From an uncultured delta proteobacterium (lineage in GTDB: Bacteria > Desulfobacterota > WTBG01), in contig CAWCBP010000014.1 of NCBI GenBank assembly GCA_963793865.1, positions 224,001-288,000 of the forward strand: 64,000 nucleotides of DNA, given 5' to 3'. Position numbers and translations under genes: made by a program. The notes beneath the pieces are model-generated. The model searched no databases. It was not told where the DNA came from and was given only the letters and a program-made list of their open reading frames with translations. Below are positions 29,305 through 39,495 of the stretch, piece by piece; within the stretch, counting starts at the first letter, position 1, and each line of letters opens with the position of its first letter.

Positions 29305-30561
29305 ATGAAATACCACATTAAGGATATGGCTCTGGCAAAGAAAGGTATGCTGCGGATCGAGTGGGCGAACCAGAGCATGCCGGTTTTGAACCTGGTTAAA
29401 GAACGGTTTAAGAAGGAAAAGCCGCTGCGGGGGATAAAGCTTGCCGCCTGCCTGCACGTGACAACTGAAACCGCAAGCCTTATGGAAACATTGCAGGCGG
29501 GAGGCGCGCAACTGGCCCTCTGCGCTTCAAACCCCTTGAGCACACAGGATGACGTGGCTGCGGCCCTGGTCAAGTGCCACAGGATTGCCGTGTTCTCCAT
29601 CAAGGGGGAAAACCGCAAAACCTATTATGATCACATTAACGCGGCGCTTGACAGCAAGCCCCATATTACCATGGATGACGGGGCGGACCTGGTGTCTACC
29701 ATCCACGCGAAGCGTCAGCAACTGGTGCAGGGAATTATCGGCGGAACCGAGGAGACAACCACCGGTGTCATCAGGTTGCGTGATATGGCGCGCAAGAAGG
29801 TGCTGCGTTTCCCCGTCATATCGGTAAACGATGCCTATACCAAGCATCTGTTCGATAACCGCTACGGAACCGGACAGAGCACCATTGACGGCATGATACG
29901 GGCGACAAACAGGCTGGTTGCGGGCAGCACCTTTGTGGTGTGCGGCTACGGATGGTGCGGACGCGGTCTGGCTATGAGGGCCAAGGGGATGGGGGCAAAG
30001 GTTGTCGTAACCGAGGTTGACCATCTCCGCGCGTTGGAGGCAACCATGGATGGATATCAGGTGATGCCCCTGGCCGAGGCATCGAAAATCGGTGATTTTT
30101 TCTGCACGCTCACCGGTGATAAGCACGTCATAGACACAAAACATTTTCTCTCCATGAAGGAAGGGGCCATTGTGGCCAATTCCGGTCATTTTAATGTCGA
30201 GCTGAATCTTGAGGGACTTGCCAAAATAACCAAATGCAGCAGGGCGATCCGGGATTTTGTCCAGGAGCACACCCTGAAGAACGGGAAACGAATCTATGTG
30301 CTCGCGGAGGGAAGACTGGTTAATCTTGCCGCAGCGGAAGGACATCCCTCAAGTGTCATGGATATGAGCTTTGCCAACCAGGCCCTGTCCGCCGAATACC
30401 TGGTGAAAAAGGGGAGGGGTTTGAAGAAAGAGGTGTATCCGGTGCCGGCCGACATAGATGAAATGATTGCCAGACTGAAACTGAAATCGATGGGCATTCG
30501 CATTGACACCCTGACTGCCGAACAAAAGGAGTACCTGGCCTCCTGGGAGGCAGGGACGTAA
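29305..30561 (+). CDS. ahcY: Adenosylhomocysteinase
   Basis: [50 protein letters not shown]. Confidence 0.98.
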   Translation: MKYHIKDMALAKKGMLRIEWANQSMPVLNLVKERFKKEKPLRGIKLAACLHVTTETASLMETLQAGGAQLALCASNPLSTQDDVAAALVKCHRIAVFSIKGENRKTYYDHINAALDSKPHITMDDGADLVSTIHAKRQQLVQGIIGGTEETTTGVIRLRDMARKKVLRFPVISVNDAYTKHLFDNRYGTGQSTIDGMIRATNRLVAGSTFVVCGYGWCGRGLAMRAKGMGAKVVVTEVDHLRALEATMDGYQVMPLAEASKIGDFFCTLTGDKHVIDTKHFLSMKEGAIVANSGHFNVELNLEGLAKITKCSRAIRDFVQEHTLKNGKRIYVLAEGRLVNLAAAEGHPSSVMDMSFANQALSAEYLVKKGRGLKKEVYPVPADIDEMIARLKLKSMGIRIDTLTAEQKEYLASWEAGT

Positions 30562-30595
30562 CGCTTTGCAAATAATAAAATTTCTGCTGTAAGTT

Positions 30596-30627
30596 AAAGA
30601 AAAGGGCCTTCGGGTCCTTTTCTTTTT
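30596..30627 (+). terminator. Rho-independent terminator
   Basis: AAAGAAAAGGGCC-TTCG-GGTCCTTTTCTTTTT. Confidence 0.85.
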
Positions 30628-31158
30628 GATTATATCAGGTAATAAATAATTTTATGGCGCGTATAATATATGAAATTATTTAAAATAAGCCTTAAGAAAA
30701 TTTTTTTTTATCCGAATAATAATGATATACAGTCAAACCGGTATCTGCTACCTGTTATTCCACCCGCAAACACGTTTTCGAGATTATTGACAAAAGGGTC
30801 GGTTTATAATATAAGTTATATGAGGAAATCAATGATGCATTACACTATCATTCTCCATTAATGCTGCGACGAATCATACCCTCGATTCTGACCTCATCAA
30901 TTACTGAATACGATCGAAATAAATTATAAATAACAATTAGTTAGGTATCAACAGGAAGAACAACCTCATTTTTTTATCCTTCCTTCTGTCTTTGTTTCGT
31001 TAGCTTCCATCAGTTTGAAACATCAGACAAATAGCCGGGAGGTAGCAGTTCAAGTGAGCGCATCCTGCGGCGTGAGCCGTTAATACAATGTGCTGTGCAG
31101 GACAGGTAGCGGTAAAATATACGAAAAATGCAATTTGAACGGACGGCAAAAGTTTTCT

Positions 31159-32916
31159 ATGACACATAAAAAGGTTGTTGATCAAATAAATCAGATGATT
31201 GACAAAGGCAGGCAAAGGGGCTTTCTTACCTATGGTGAGGTTGCCGCTTTATTGCCTCCGGAGGCGGCATCTCAAGATCGGCTTGATGATCTGGTGATGA
31301 CGCTTGACGAGCTTAACATCGAGGTGGTTGATGCTGTTTCTTCGCCGCAGGATCAGGCCGATACTGCGGATGATGACCATGACCAGGACCTGCCCGATGA
31401 AAAGGCCGGATTCGAAGAAGCAGCCGATGATCAATCGTACGACCCCATGGGCCGATATCTTAATGAGCTGTCCTCGGAATCACTCCTGACCCGCGCGGAA
31501 GAAGTGGAAACCGCTCAGGAGATGGAAGCGGGTGAGCAAGGTCTCATGGATGCCCTGCTTGGCGCGCCGTATACTATCAGTGAAATTGTGAGCCTGGGGA
31601 AAAAGCTTAAGTCGGGTGAGGTGTCAATACGGGAAGTAATAGAGGACTGCGGAGCGGGCGACGCGGTCAAGGATGTCGACTGGGAAAAGCGATTCCTTTC
31701 CCTGGTGGAGAAGCTGAACAGGAATGAGCAGAAGAAGCGAGCGCTGGAAATGACGCTGGCAAAGGGGCACAACCTGAGCGCGTCCAGAAAAATCGCCCTG
31801 AGGCGCACGCTTGAGCAGTATTCCAATAAGAGGGACGCGATTTTCAGATCGCTGAGGTTGCGCACGGACAGGCTTGAGCGAATAGTCCTGGGGCTCAAGG
31901 ATTGTTTAAGCCGGCTTGAAGAGCAGGAAAGGGTCATTGCTTCCTGCGTGTGCGCCTCCGGTGTTCCCCTTGATGAACTAAAAACGCTCATTCGCCGGGT
32001 GAAAAGGAATCCCCGGGAGGCACGAAAGATCAGGAGGAAATACGGCATAGCTAAAAGGGATTTGCTGGGGTACGGCAGAGTCATCGATCATGCCCGCAAG
32101 GAGCTGAAAAAGATCAGGCGGGAATCAACGCTCGATGCCGGGGCGCTTAAGAGCTGTGTCAGCGCTCTTGAAGAGAGCAAATCCAGGATCAGGAAGGCCA
32201 AAGATAAATTGATTAAGGGCAATTTGCGGCTGGTGATAAGCCTGGCCAAAAAATATAATAACCGGGGCCTGCACTTTCTGGACCTGATCCAGGAGGGAAA
32301 TATCGGGCTTATGAAAGCCGTGGATAAATTCGAGTATGAGCGCGGCCATAAATTCAGCACCTATGCCACCTGGTGGATTCAGCAGGCAATGACTCGGGCC
32401 ATTGCGGATCAGTCCAGAATGATCAGGGTTCCGGTTCATATGCATGACGCGATGAACAGGATTGCTAAAACCTCGTTTTACCTCACCCGCCAGGAAGGAC
32501 GAAAACCTACCACGGAGGAGGTGGCCAAAAAGGCGGGCTTGTCTCCTGACAAAGTTGATAAAATTCTCAACGTGGTCAAAGATCCTCTGTCACTGGATGC
32601 GCCTGTCGGTGAGGATGGTGAATCCCGGATCGATAATTTTATCCGGGATGAAAAGATTGCTTCTCCCTGGCAGGTGATGCTCAAGCGCAGCCTGGATGAA
32701 CAGACCAGGAAGGCCCTGGCCACCTTATCACCCCGTGAGGAAAAGGTTTTAAGAAAAAGATTCGGGGTGGGGGAACCTTCAGATCACACCCTGGAGGAGA
32801 TTGGAAAGGATTTTAAGGTAACGAGGGAAAGGGTCAGGCAGATTGAATCCAAGGCCCTGCGCAAGCTCATGCATCCCGTGAGAGGCAACAAGCTCAGGAC
32901 CTTTAAGGAAAACTGA
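31159..32916 (+). CDS. RpoD-like sigma70 factor with region 1.1 and non-conserved region
   Basis: [67 protein letters not shown]. Confidence 0.93.
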   Translation: MTHKKVVDQINQMIDKGRQRGFLTYGEVAALLPPEAASQDRLDDLVMTLDELNIEVVDAVSSPQDQADTADDDHDQDLPDEKAGFEEAADDQSYDPMGRYLNELSSESLLTRAEEVETAQEMEAGEQGLMDALLGAPYTISEIVSLGKKLKSGEVSIREVIEDCGAGDAVKDVDWEKRFLSLVEKLNRNEQKKRALEMTLAKGHNLSASRKIALRRTLEQYSNKRDAIFRSLRLRTDRLERIVLGLKDCLSRLEEQERVIASCVCASGVPLDELKTLIRRVKRNPREARKIRRKYGIAKRDLLGYGRVIDHARKELKKIRRESTLDAGALKSCVSALEESKSRIRKAKDKLIKGNLRLVISLAKKYNNRGLHFLDLIQEGNIGLMKAVDKFEYERGHKFSTYATWWIQQAMTRAIADQSRMIRVPVHMHDAMNRIAKTSFYLTRQEGRKPTTEEVAKKAGLSPDKVDKILNVVKDPLSLDAPVGEDGESRIDNFIRDEKIASPWQVMLKRSLDEQTRKALATLSPREEKVLRKRFGVGEPSDHTLEEIGKDFKVTRERVRQIESKALRKLMHPVRGNKLRTFKEN

Positions 32917-32922
32917 TAGCTC

Positions 32923-33747
32923 TTACAGCATCCGGCCCAGGGCGATGAAGAAAGTCCGGGTAATCACGCCGGGGTGTCCCTTTTCTTCAGCCACCCTGTC
33001 GGCAACGTCAATGATCTTTTTTGCAAGCTCTTCACCCCCCGGCCTGTCGATGAGAATGTCCGCAAGGGCATTGACGGTGTGGCCGCACCACATCCTGTCC
33101 CCCACCAGCGACCGTGCCTGAGCGAGGAATTGAAATTCACGCTCCACCTGCTCTTCGCACTGGCGTCCGAACGGTTCGTCACAGAGCATGCACGCCCCGA
33201 AATGGCTCATGTCCGGCTCCTCCATCTCCGGGGGATTTTCAGCCAGCTTTTGGTAGCGGAGGCTTTTTGCCAGGTCGGCACATGATTGGCTGAATATAAC
33301 GGTGGTGACGCCGCGCACCCTGCTTTCCCGGGCCTTTTTTTCCGCATAGCGCTGAACCGCGAGGCCGGACTCGAAGGGAACGGTACCGTCGGAAAGGGCG
33401 GCGCTCAGGCAGAATCGCGCGTGGCAGCACCAGCGGTATTCCTCCGCTTCACCCAGTTTGTCATGATACGCGGCGCTGATCGGAGAATTTTCATGACAGA
33501 CATCGGATAATTTTTTGGGACAGCGCCCGCACATCATAATGTAATCGTTGGCATACCTGGGAACCCATCCTTTCCCTTCCCCCGGCACAAACACATCCCC
33601 GTACTGTCGGAAAAATTTCTTCTGCCCGATGGTTTTAATGTAGCTGTCAAGGCAATGGTTGGAGCAGAAAACCAGGTCCTTGATCTCAATGAATTTCATT
33701 GCCAGCTCTTGGTTACACTGGCTGCAGAAAATAGTGTCCTCGGTCAT
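32923..33747 (-). CDS. Cys-rich hypothetical protein (TRASH-like N-terminus plus two internal repeats)
   Basis: CSQC…FCSNHC; repeated CxxC-x7-C…WCxH units; AAGGAG RBS. Confidence 0.6.
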   Translation of the reverse strand: MTEDTIFCSQCNQELAMKFIEIKDLVFCSNHCLDSYIKTIGQKKFFRQYGDVFVPGEGKGWVPRYANDYIMMCGRCPKKLSDVCHENSPISAAYHDKLGEAEEYRWCCHARFCLSAALSDGTVPFESGLAVQRYAEKKARESRVRGVTTVIFSQSCADLAKSLRYQKLAENPPEMEEPDMSHFGACMLCDEPFGRQCEEQVEREFQFLAQARSLVGDRMWCGHTVNALADILIDRPGGEELAKKIIDVADRVAEEKGHPGVITRTFFIALGRML

Positions 33748-33762
33748 ACAAGACTCCTTTTG

Positions 33763-34701
33763 CTATGCGTTGGCCGCCATGCTTTCTGTATTGAATCGCC
33801 TGGGAATCTTCCAGCGGTTGTGCAGCCATCCGAACCAGCGGGCGGGATCGCTGCGCACCAGGTTTTCAAGGTAATCATTGTATTGCTGGGTATTGGCAAG
33901 CAAATCCTGCTCCCGGTTACCGGTATCTATCAGGGGAAATGGTTTCCCGAATATGATGCGGAACTTCCTCAATTCGCCATCGTTCTGGATATGAGCGTGA
34001 ATAACAGGGCATCCGGTTTGTAAAGCAAGTGCAGCCGGTGTAGGATAGGTCATCGCTGTTTTTCCGAAAAAGGTTGATGGTATCCCTTTTTTGCCGGCAT
34101 TTTGATCAAAAAGTATAACCACGGCCTTGCCCTGTCTGAGCTTGCCCAGTACCGGCCGCAGGGCATTCTTGCTGGAGATAAGCTCAAGATGGACGATTTT
34201 CTCGCGCGTTCTGATAATATAATTGTTAATGTACCGGTTTTTGAGCGGCTTGTATATGGTTGCCGCGTCGGTGATATGAGCGCCAAGGGCATAGCTGGCC
34301 AGTTCCCAGGGACCGAAATGAGGACCGATAATAATCACCCCTTTGTTCAATTGCAGGGCATCGTCAACGTATTCAAGGTTTTCAATGGTAATATTCTCAC
34401 GCACGTTTTGTGGCGTAAAGATAATTGATTCTACAAATACCTCTCCGAGATGGCTGAACAGGTCACGGATTATCTTCAATCGCTCCTGATGGGTTAACCC
34501 GTCTCCAAAGGCGAGCTCAAGATTGCTGTATGCCAGATTTGCCCGTGTTTTCAGAAATCGCGCTGATACAAGTCCCATGCGCCTTCCCACCTTAATTGCA
34601 AATGATGTGGGCAGCGCATTGATAGCACCGCATACGAGCCGGAAAAGGAGATACTCAATCGAGTGTTTGAGCGGGGCCGGTGCCTTAAGCATAATAACCA
34701 T
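33763..34701 (-). CDS. Lipid A late acyltransferase (LpxL/HtrB family)
   Basis: HFGPWE, LFDQNAG, FFG, WFGWLHNRWK. Confidence 0.88.
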   Translation of the reverse strand: MVIMLKAPAPLKHSIEYLLFRLVCGAINALPTSFAIKVGRRMGLVSARFLKTRANLAYSNLELAFGDGLTHQERLKIIRDLFSHLGEVFVESIIFTPQNVRENITIENLEYVDDALQLNKGVIIIGPHFGPWELASYALGAHITDAATIYKPLKNRYINNYIIRTREKIVHLELISSKNALRPVLGKLRQGKAVVILFDQNAGKKGIPSTFFGKTAMTYPTPAALALQTGCPVIHAHIQNDGELRKFRIIFGKPFPLIDTGNREQDLLANTQQYNDYLENLVRSDPARWFGWLHNRWKIPRRFNTESMAANA

Positions 34702-36102
34702 TCATCCGGTAATCAAATTCATAACCGGTGTAAGACAGCATACTATTGTGCACGCGGCATCCTTAATAAGAGGATGGTTCATAAACAGTGCGACTACTTT
34801 TTCACCATTATTATAGTACAGCTCAACCATTTTTCTGCCGGTTTTGCTCCCGGCCAGAACCTGGTCACGAAAGCGCCTTATGGCTGTAACCCTTGGATCA
34901 TTATCCCCGAGCAGATAGGTGACCGGGCATGACCTGCGCTGTCTGAGGTAAAAAACGGGCGGATTAAAGCCGGGGGTTGATCGTGTTTCAACCAGCGAGT
35001 AGTCGCCGCTGCTGTTGGCAGCGCTCACCGGGAAGGTTTCGAAAAAAATATCAAGCAGCCTTATTGCCTCGGGTTGCCCCAGTTCAGTGTTGCCGCCGCT
35101 GTGGGTGAGGAAGGAATTATTTCTGATCCCGTCCTCTTTAGGGCCGTCATACAAATGGTAGTGATAAAAGGTGCCGGTCCTGTCCCCGCAACTGCCCCCA
35201 TCGCAATAGAAAGGCATCCAGGGGTCGTCTGAGAAGTTGAGCACAAAACCGTCTACTACCGGGACGGGGTCGCATTCCGGGTCGACGTCCGGACAGCCGC
35301 TGTTTTCAAGCGTGTATCTCTGAACATGGAGGGCAGGCTTCTCATGCCCCGGTAGGTTGTTAAGAATCTTCATGCTGTCATAGGTATCGATGGTGTTCAG
35401 CTCATAGTAATTTTCAAAATAGGCGGAGAGCAGCCCGATGCGTGCAATTCGCCGATCACGGCAGGCGGATCGCAGGGCAACATAGCCTCCGTACGAATGC
35501 CCTATGACCGTTGTCTGACAGGAATTGAGCAGCCGGTAAGCGGAGAATTTTTCCTCGAGATAGTCAATGGTCAGACTCACCTGCAGCGCGTATATATCGG
35601 ACCGGATGTTAGTGATTGCCGCAAATCCAAGCGGGGGGCCGCTCGTATCCGCTATGAATTGGGGAATGGCCGCCACATAACCCCTCCGGGCATACGCAAT
35701 GGCCAGCCAGTCCATGTACCAGTAGAGGGCGGGACTGCTGCCGGTTGCCCCCTTGCAGATAATAATAACAGGATATGGCCCTCCCTCAGGCGGCAGTTCA
35801 CCGGCTTTATCCCCGGGATGAAAAATTTTGAGATCAAAGGTATAACCCGGTGAAGGGGTATCGGGGTCATCGTAGTCATCTATGAGATTGTTAAAATTCT
35901 CAATTTCATTGCGGATCACTTCTTTCATAAATGTATGGTCAATATTTTCACCATTCATTTCCCGGTAAGGATTGCCGCTGAGTGTCCGGTTATAAGGTAA
36001 AAATTCTTCGATATCACAGGCAGTATAGGTGTGCCCCTTGACGGGACAGAAAGCAAACAATAACCAAATCATGGCAGAAAGCAGGATGGTCCTATTGCTC
36101 AC
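34702..36102 (-). CDS. Secreted alpha/beta-hydrolase with C-terminal CFI-box-CTERM-like domain
   Basis: Signal peptide; GPYPVIII…GYVAAIPQF…GHSYGG; tail CPVTYLLG…AIRRFRDQVL…GRKMVELYY. Confidence 0.7.
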   Translation of the reverse strand: MSNRTILLSAMIWLLFAFCPVKGHTYTACDIEEFLPYNRTLSGNPYREMNGENIDHTFMKEVIRNEIENFNNLIDDYDDPDTPSPGYTFDLKIFHPGDKAGELPPEGGPYPVIIICKGATGSSPALYWYMDWLAIAYARRGYVAAIPQFIADTSGPPLGFAAITNIRSDIYALQVSLTIDYLEEKFSAYRLLNSCQTTVIGHSYGGYVALRSACRDRRIARIGLLSAYFENYYELNTIDTYDSMKILNNLPGHEKPALHVQRYTLENSGCPDVDPECDPVPVVDGFVLNFSDDPWMPFYCDGGSCGDRTGTFYHYHLYDGPKEDGIRNNSFLTHSGGNTELGQPEAIRLLDIFFETFPVSAANSSGDYSLVETRSTPGFNPPVFYLRQRRSCPVTYLLGDNDPRVTAIRRFRDQVLAGSKTGRKMVELYYNNGEKVVALFMNHPLIKDAACTIVCCLTPVMNLITG

Positions 36103-36146
36103 TTTTCTTCCTCCTTCTTCCGGTATGCCGCAGGCGCGCAGAATAT

Positions 36147-37364
36147 TTATTCATAACGCAGGGCATCAATGGGGTTCATGCGCGACGCCTTCCGGGCGGG
36201 ATAGAGACCGAAAAATATGCCGACGCTGCTGGCAAAAAGGAACGCGATGAGGATGGCGTATAACGAGACGGGCGACGGCCAGCCGGTAAAATAACTCACG
36301 GTGGAGGTGATGCCCATCCCGAACAGGATGCCGATACCGCCGCCGATCAGGCTGAGCAGGATCGCCTCAAGCAGAAATTGCAGCAAAATGTCCTGTGAGG
36401 TTGCTCCCACGGAAAGCCGTATCCCGATTTCCTTGGTCCGCTCGGTCACGGAAACCAGCATAATGTTCATGATGCCGATGCCGCCCACGAGCAGCGAGAT
36501 GGAGGCGATGCTGCCCAGCAGCAGCGTCAGGATGCCGGTAATGGTTGAGAAAACGGCGGTAAGATCGGCAAGATTCCTGACGGTAAAATCATCATCATCT
36601 CCCTTCTTTATCTTGTGCCGGTGTCTGAGCAGATTTTTAATCTGCTCCTGGGCCGCGGCCGTGCCTTCCACTGAAACAGCCGAGGCCATGATCATGTTGA
36701 CGTGGGTGATGCCGACCAGGCGCTTTTGCGCGGTTGTGTAGGGCACAATGATGGTGTCATCCTGGTCCTGGCCGAAGGCCGTCTGCCCTTTTGGCGTCAG
36801 CACCCCTACCACCCTGAAGGGTATCCGTTTCACCCTGATTACCTGCCCCACGGGATTCTGCTTCACGAAAAGCTTTTCCGCCACCGTTTCGCCCAGAACG
36901 CAGACTTTGGTCGCCGCCTTCACGTCCTGCGTCGTGAAAAATTCTCCCAGTGCCAGGGGCCAGTTTTTAATCAGCTGGTAGTCGGTGTCAGCGCCCAGGA
37001 TGGAGGTGCTCCAGTTCTGATTTTGAAAAACCACCTGCGCGGCAGAGGTGACTACGGGCGTCACCATCTGAACGTCGGCGCATTCACTCAGTATGGCTTC
37101 GGCATCTTCGGGGATGAGGGTTGTCACCGTTCCATAGCCGGTGCGTATGCCTCCCTGGGTGACGCTGCCCGGGAAGATGACCAGCAAATTGGTCCCCAAA
37201 CCGCTTATGGCCTTTTGGATTGAAATTTGCGCCCCGCTCCCCAGGTTGACCAGGGTGATGACCGCGCAGACGCCGATGACCACCCCGAGAACGGTGAGCA
37301 GGGACCGAAGCTTGTTCTTTCTGAGTGCTTTCAGAGCCACCCATACCGTCATTAAAAAGTTCAT
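36147..37364 (-). CDS. MacB-family ABC permease
   Basis: LRSLLTVLGVVIGV, VGGIGIMNIMLVSVTERTKEIG, PIDALRYE. Confidence 0.93.
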   Translation of the reverse strand: MNFLMTVWVALKALRKNKLRSLLTVLGVVIGVCAVITLVNLGSGAQISIQKAISGLGTNLLVIFPGSVTQGGIRTGYGTVTTLIPEDAEAILSECADVQMVTPVVTSAAQVVFQNQNWSTSILGADTDYQLIKNWPLALGEFFTTQDVKAATKVCVLGETVAEKLFVKQNPVGQVIRVKRIPFRVVGVLTPKGQTAFGQDQDDTIIVPYTTAQKRLVGITHVNMIMASAVSVEGTAAAQEQIKNLLRHRHKIKKGDDDDFTVRNLADLTAVFSTITGILTLLLGSIASISLLVGGIGIMNIMLVSVTERTKEIGIRLSVGATSQDILLQFLLEAILLSLIGGGIGILFGMGITSTVSYFTGWPSPVSLYAILIAFLFASSVGIFFGLYPARKASRMNPIDALRYE

Positions 37365-37371
37365 GATGCCT

Positions 37372-38055
37372 TCACTGATCGCTCACGATGATGCCGTCAC
37401 GAAAGTTCACCCGCCGTTTTGCGTAGTGCGCGATATCCAGTTCATGGGTCACCAGCACAATGGTGATTTTGTCATCTTCATTCAGATTCTTCAAAATCTC
37501 CATGATTTCCCCGCTGGTTTGGGTATCCAGGTTTCCCGTCGGCTCATCGGCCAGGATCAGGGGCGGGGTATTGACCAGGGCGCGCGCAATGGCGACCCGC
37601 TGCTGTTCGCCGCCCGAGAGCTGGTTCGAGAAGTTTCTCATCTTGTCTTTGAGCCCCACCCTTTCCAGCGCTTCTGCCGCGCGGCTGTAACGCGTCGAGG
37701 CATTTTCCTTTGAGTAGAGGACGGGAAGCTCAACATTGTCCAGGGCGCTGGTGCGGGGGAGCAGATTGAAATTCTGGAAGATGAAGCCGATTTTCTTGTT
37801 GCGTATGCCCGCCAGCTGCTTCTGGCTGAGAGAGGAGATTTCAACCCCTTCCAGAAACAGGCTGCCCCGGGTGGGGACGTCCAGGCACCCCAGCAGGTTC
37901 ATGAAGGTGGATTTTCCCGATCCCGAAGGGCCCATGATGGCGACAAAATCACCTGCGGCAACCTCGAGAGAAACTCCCTTGAGGGCGTGAACCTGTATGT
38001 CGCTGGTCACCTGGTAGGTTTTGTAGAGCCGGTCTGCGCGGATAAAAGATGTCAT
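37372..38055 (-). CDS. MacB/LolD-family ABC ATP-binding protein
   Basis: [33 protein letters not shown]. Confidence 0.95.
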   Translation of the reverse strand: MTSFIRADRLYKTYQVTSDIQVHALKGVSLEVAAGDFVAIMGPSGSGKSTFMNLLGCLDVPTRGSLFLEGVEISSLSQKQLAGIRNKKIGFIFQNFNLLPRTSALDNVELPVLYSKENASTRYSRAAEALERVGLKDKMRNFSNQLSGGEQQRVAIARALVNTPPLILADEPTGNLDTQTSGEIMEILKNLNEDDKITIVLVTHELDIAHYAKRRVNFRDGIIVSDQ

Positions 38056-38058
38056 AGC

Positions 38059-39285
38059 CTATTGCCTGAAGCCGAATTTAAATCCTGAGCCTCCGGATTC
38101 ATGTTTCTGTTTCCACTGATCGCGGTAGCCGATAATCACCCGGTCGTTTTCCTTGAGCTCTCCATTGAGTATCTCGGTATGGCGGCCGTCGGATATCCCT
38201 GTCTTTATCAGCACCGGCTTCGCTCCTCCGCCGGGGGAATCAACCCAGACCCGCTGCTGCAGATCAGAGGGAGTGTCTGCGTTGCCCGGCTTCTGCTGCT
38301 CTGCCGTTTCGTACCGGAGCAAATCCTTGTCTTCCGGATCAGCCTTGAAGCGCAATGCGGCGGTGGGAATCCTGAGGGCGCTCTTTTTTTCGCTGGTGAT
38401 AACTGAAACCGTGGCGGTCATTCCCGGCCGCAGGCCCAGGTCGGGATTGCTCACCGCGACCACCGTTGCATAGGTCACCACATTCTGCTCTTCCTTCGGG
38501 GCGAATCGTATCTGTGCCACCGTGCCTTGGAAAACCCTGTCGGGGAACGCGTCTACCGTGAAGAGCACCTTCTGTCCCAGCTGGACCTTGCCGATATCCG
38601 CTTCATCCACGGAGGCCTCGACCTGCATTTTGGTCAGGTCCTGGGCGATGAGGAAGAGATCCGGTGTTTGAAAAGCGGCAATCACCGTCTGGCCGACATC
38701 GCAATTGCGGGAAATCACGATGCCCTCCACGGGTGAATAAATGGAGGTATGATCCAGATCAACCTGTGCCGCGTTGAGGAGCGCCTGTGCCTGGGCTTCC
38801 CGTGCCCGGGAAGCGTCAAGCGTCGCGCTGGCGGCGTTGAATGTTGTTTCGGCAATTTCCAGTTCCCGTTCCGAGGCCACCAGCCCCTTGCTCAAATTTT
38901 TAATTCTTTTCAGGTTGTTCTTCGCATCCGCGAGGGCAACCCGCGCTTCCTGTGTCTGCGCCTGCGCCAGCTTGTAATTGGCGTCAGCCTGTTCCACCTT
39001 GCTCCGGTAAATGTCTGTTTCCAGCTGGGCGATGAGCTGGCCTTTTGCCACCAGCGAGTTGTAATCCGCGAAGATCTTTTCTATCCTGCCCGAGACCTGG
39101 CTGCCCACCGTGACGGTAATCACGGGATTAATGGTTCCGGTTGCGGCGATCCTTTCCACAAGATCCCCCCGTTCGACTTCCTGGGTTTCATATTTGCTTT
39201 CATTACCGGTATCCCTGACAAGGAAAAACCCCCCGAGGCCGAGAATGAACAAAATACCTATCACGATTACAATCGTTTTCTTCAC
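38059..39285 (-). CDS. MacA-like periplasmic adaptor (membrane fusion protein)
   Basis: VGSQVSG, IYSPVEGIVI, VDEADIG, LRPGMTA. Confidence 0.9.
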   Translation of the reverse strand: MKKTIVIVIGILFILGLGGFFLVRDTGNESKYETQEVERGDLVERIAATGTINPVITVTVGSQVSGRIEKIFADYNSLVAKGQLIAQLETDIYRSKVEQADANYKLAQAQTQEARVALADAKNNLKRIKNLSKGLVASERELEIAETTFNAASATLDASRAREAQAQALLNAAQVDLDHTSIYSPVEGIVISRNCDVGQTVIAAFQTPDLFLIAQDLTKMQVEASVDEADIGKVQLGQKVLFTVDAFPDRVFQGTVAQIRFAPKEEQNVVTYATVVAVSNPDLGLRPGMTATVSVITSEKKSALRIPTAALRFKADPEDKDLLRYETAEQQKPGNADTPSDLQQRVWVDSPGGGAKPVLIKTGISDGRHTEILNGELKENDRVIIGYRDQWKQKHESGGSGFKFGFRQ

Positions 39286-39325
39286 AGGTACACTCCATTA
39301 GTGCTAACGTGCATATCTGGAATTT

Positions 39326-39379
39326 CGGTAGGAGCGCCTTCAGGCGCGATTCATTCGCGGCTTAAAGCCGCTCCTACCG
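39326..39379. repeat. GTAG-family REP doublet
   Basis: CGGTAGGAGCGCCTTCAGGCGCGATTCATTCGCGGCTTAAAGCCGCTCCTACCG. Confidence 0.8.
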
Positions 39380-39495
39380 GTTGATACTATGCTAAAAGAT
39401 TCACCAGCCCAAGGCTGGTAAATGCTCAGATCTGAGGCTGTAGGACTTTAACCTATTTTGACAGAAGAATCAAATGCCTTCACCTGCCGATAGCG

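Noticed and set aside
31036..31110. Structured ncRNA or riboswitch upstream of the sigma gene
   Set aside because: Only a weak hairpin (TCCTGC…GCAGGA) with no recognisable family motif
8396..39379. CRISPR array
   Set aside because: The repeats are dispersed palindromes with no regular repeat-spacer periodicity, and there are no cas genes
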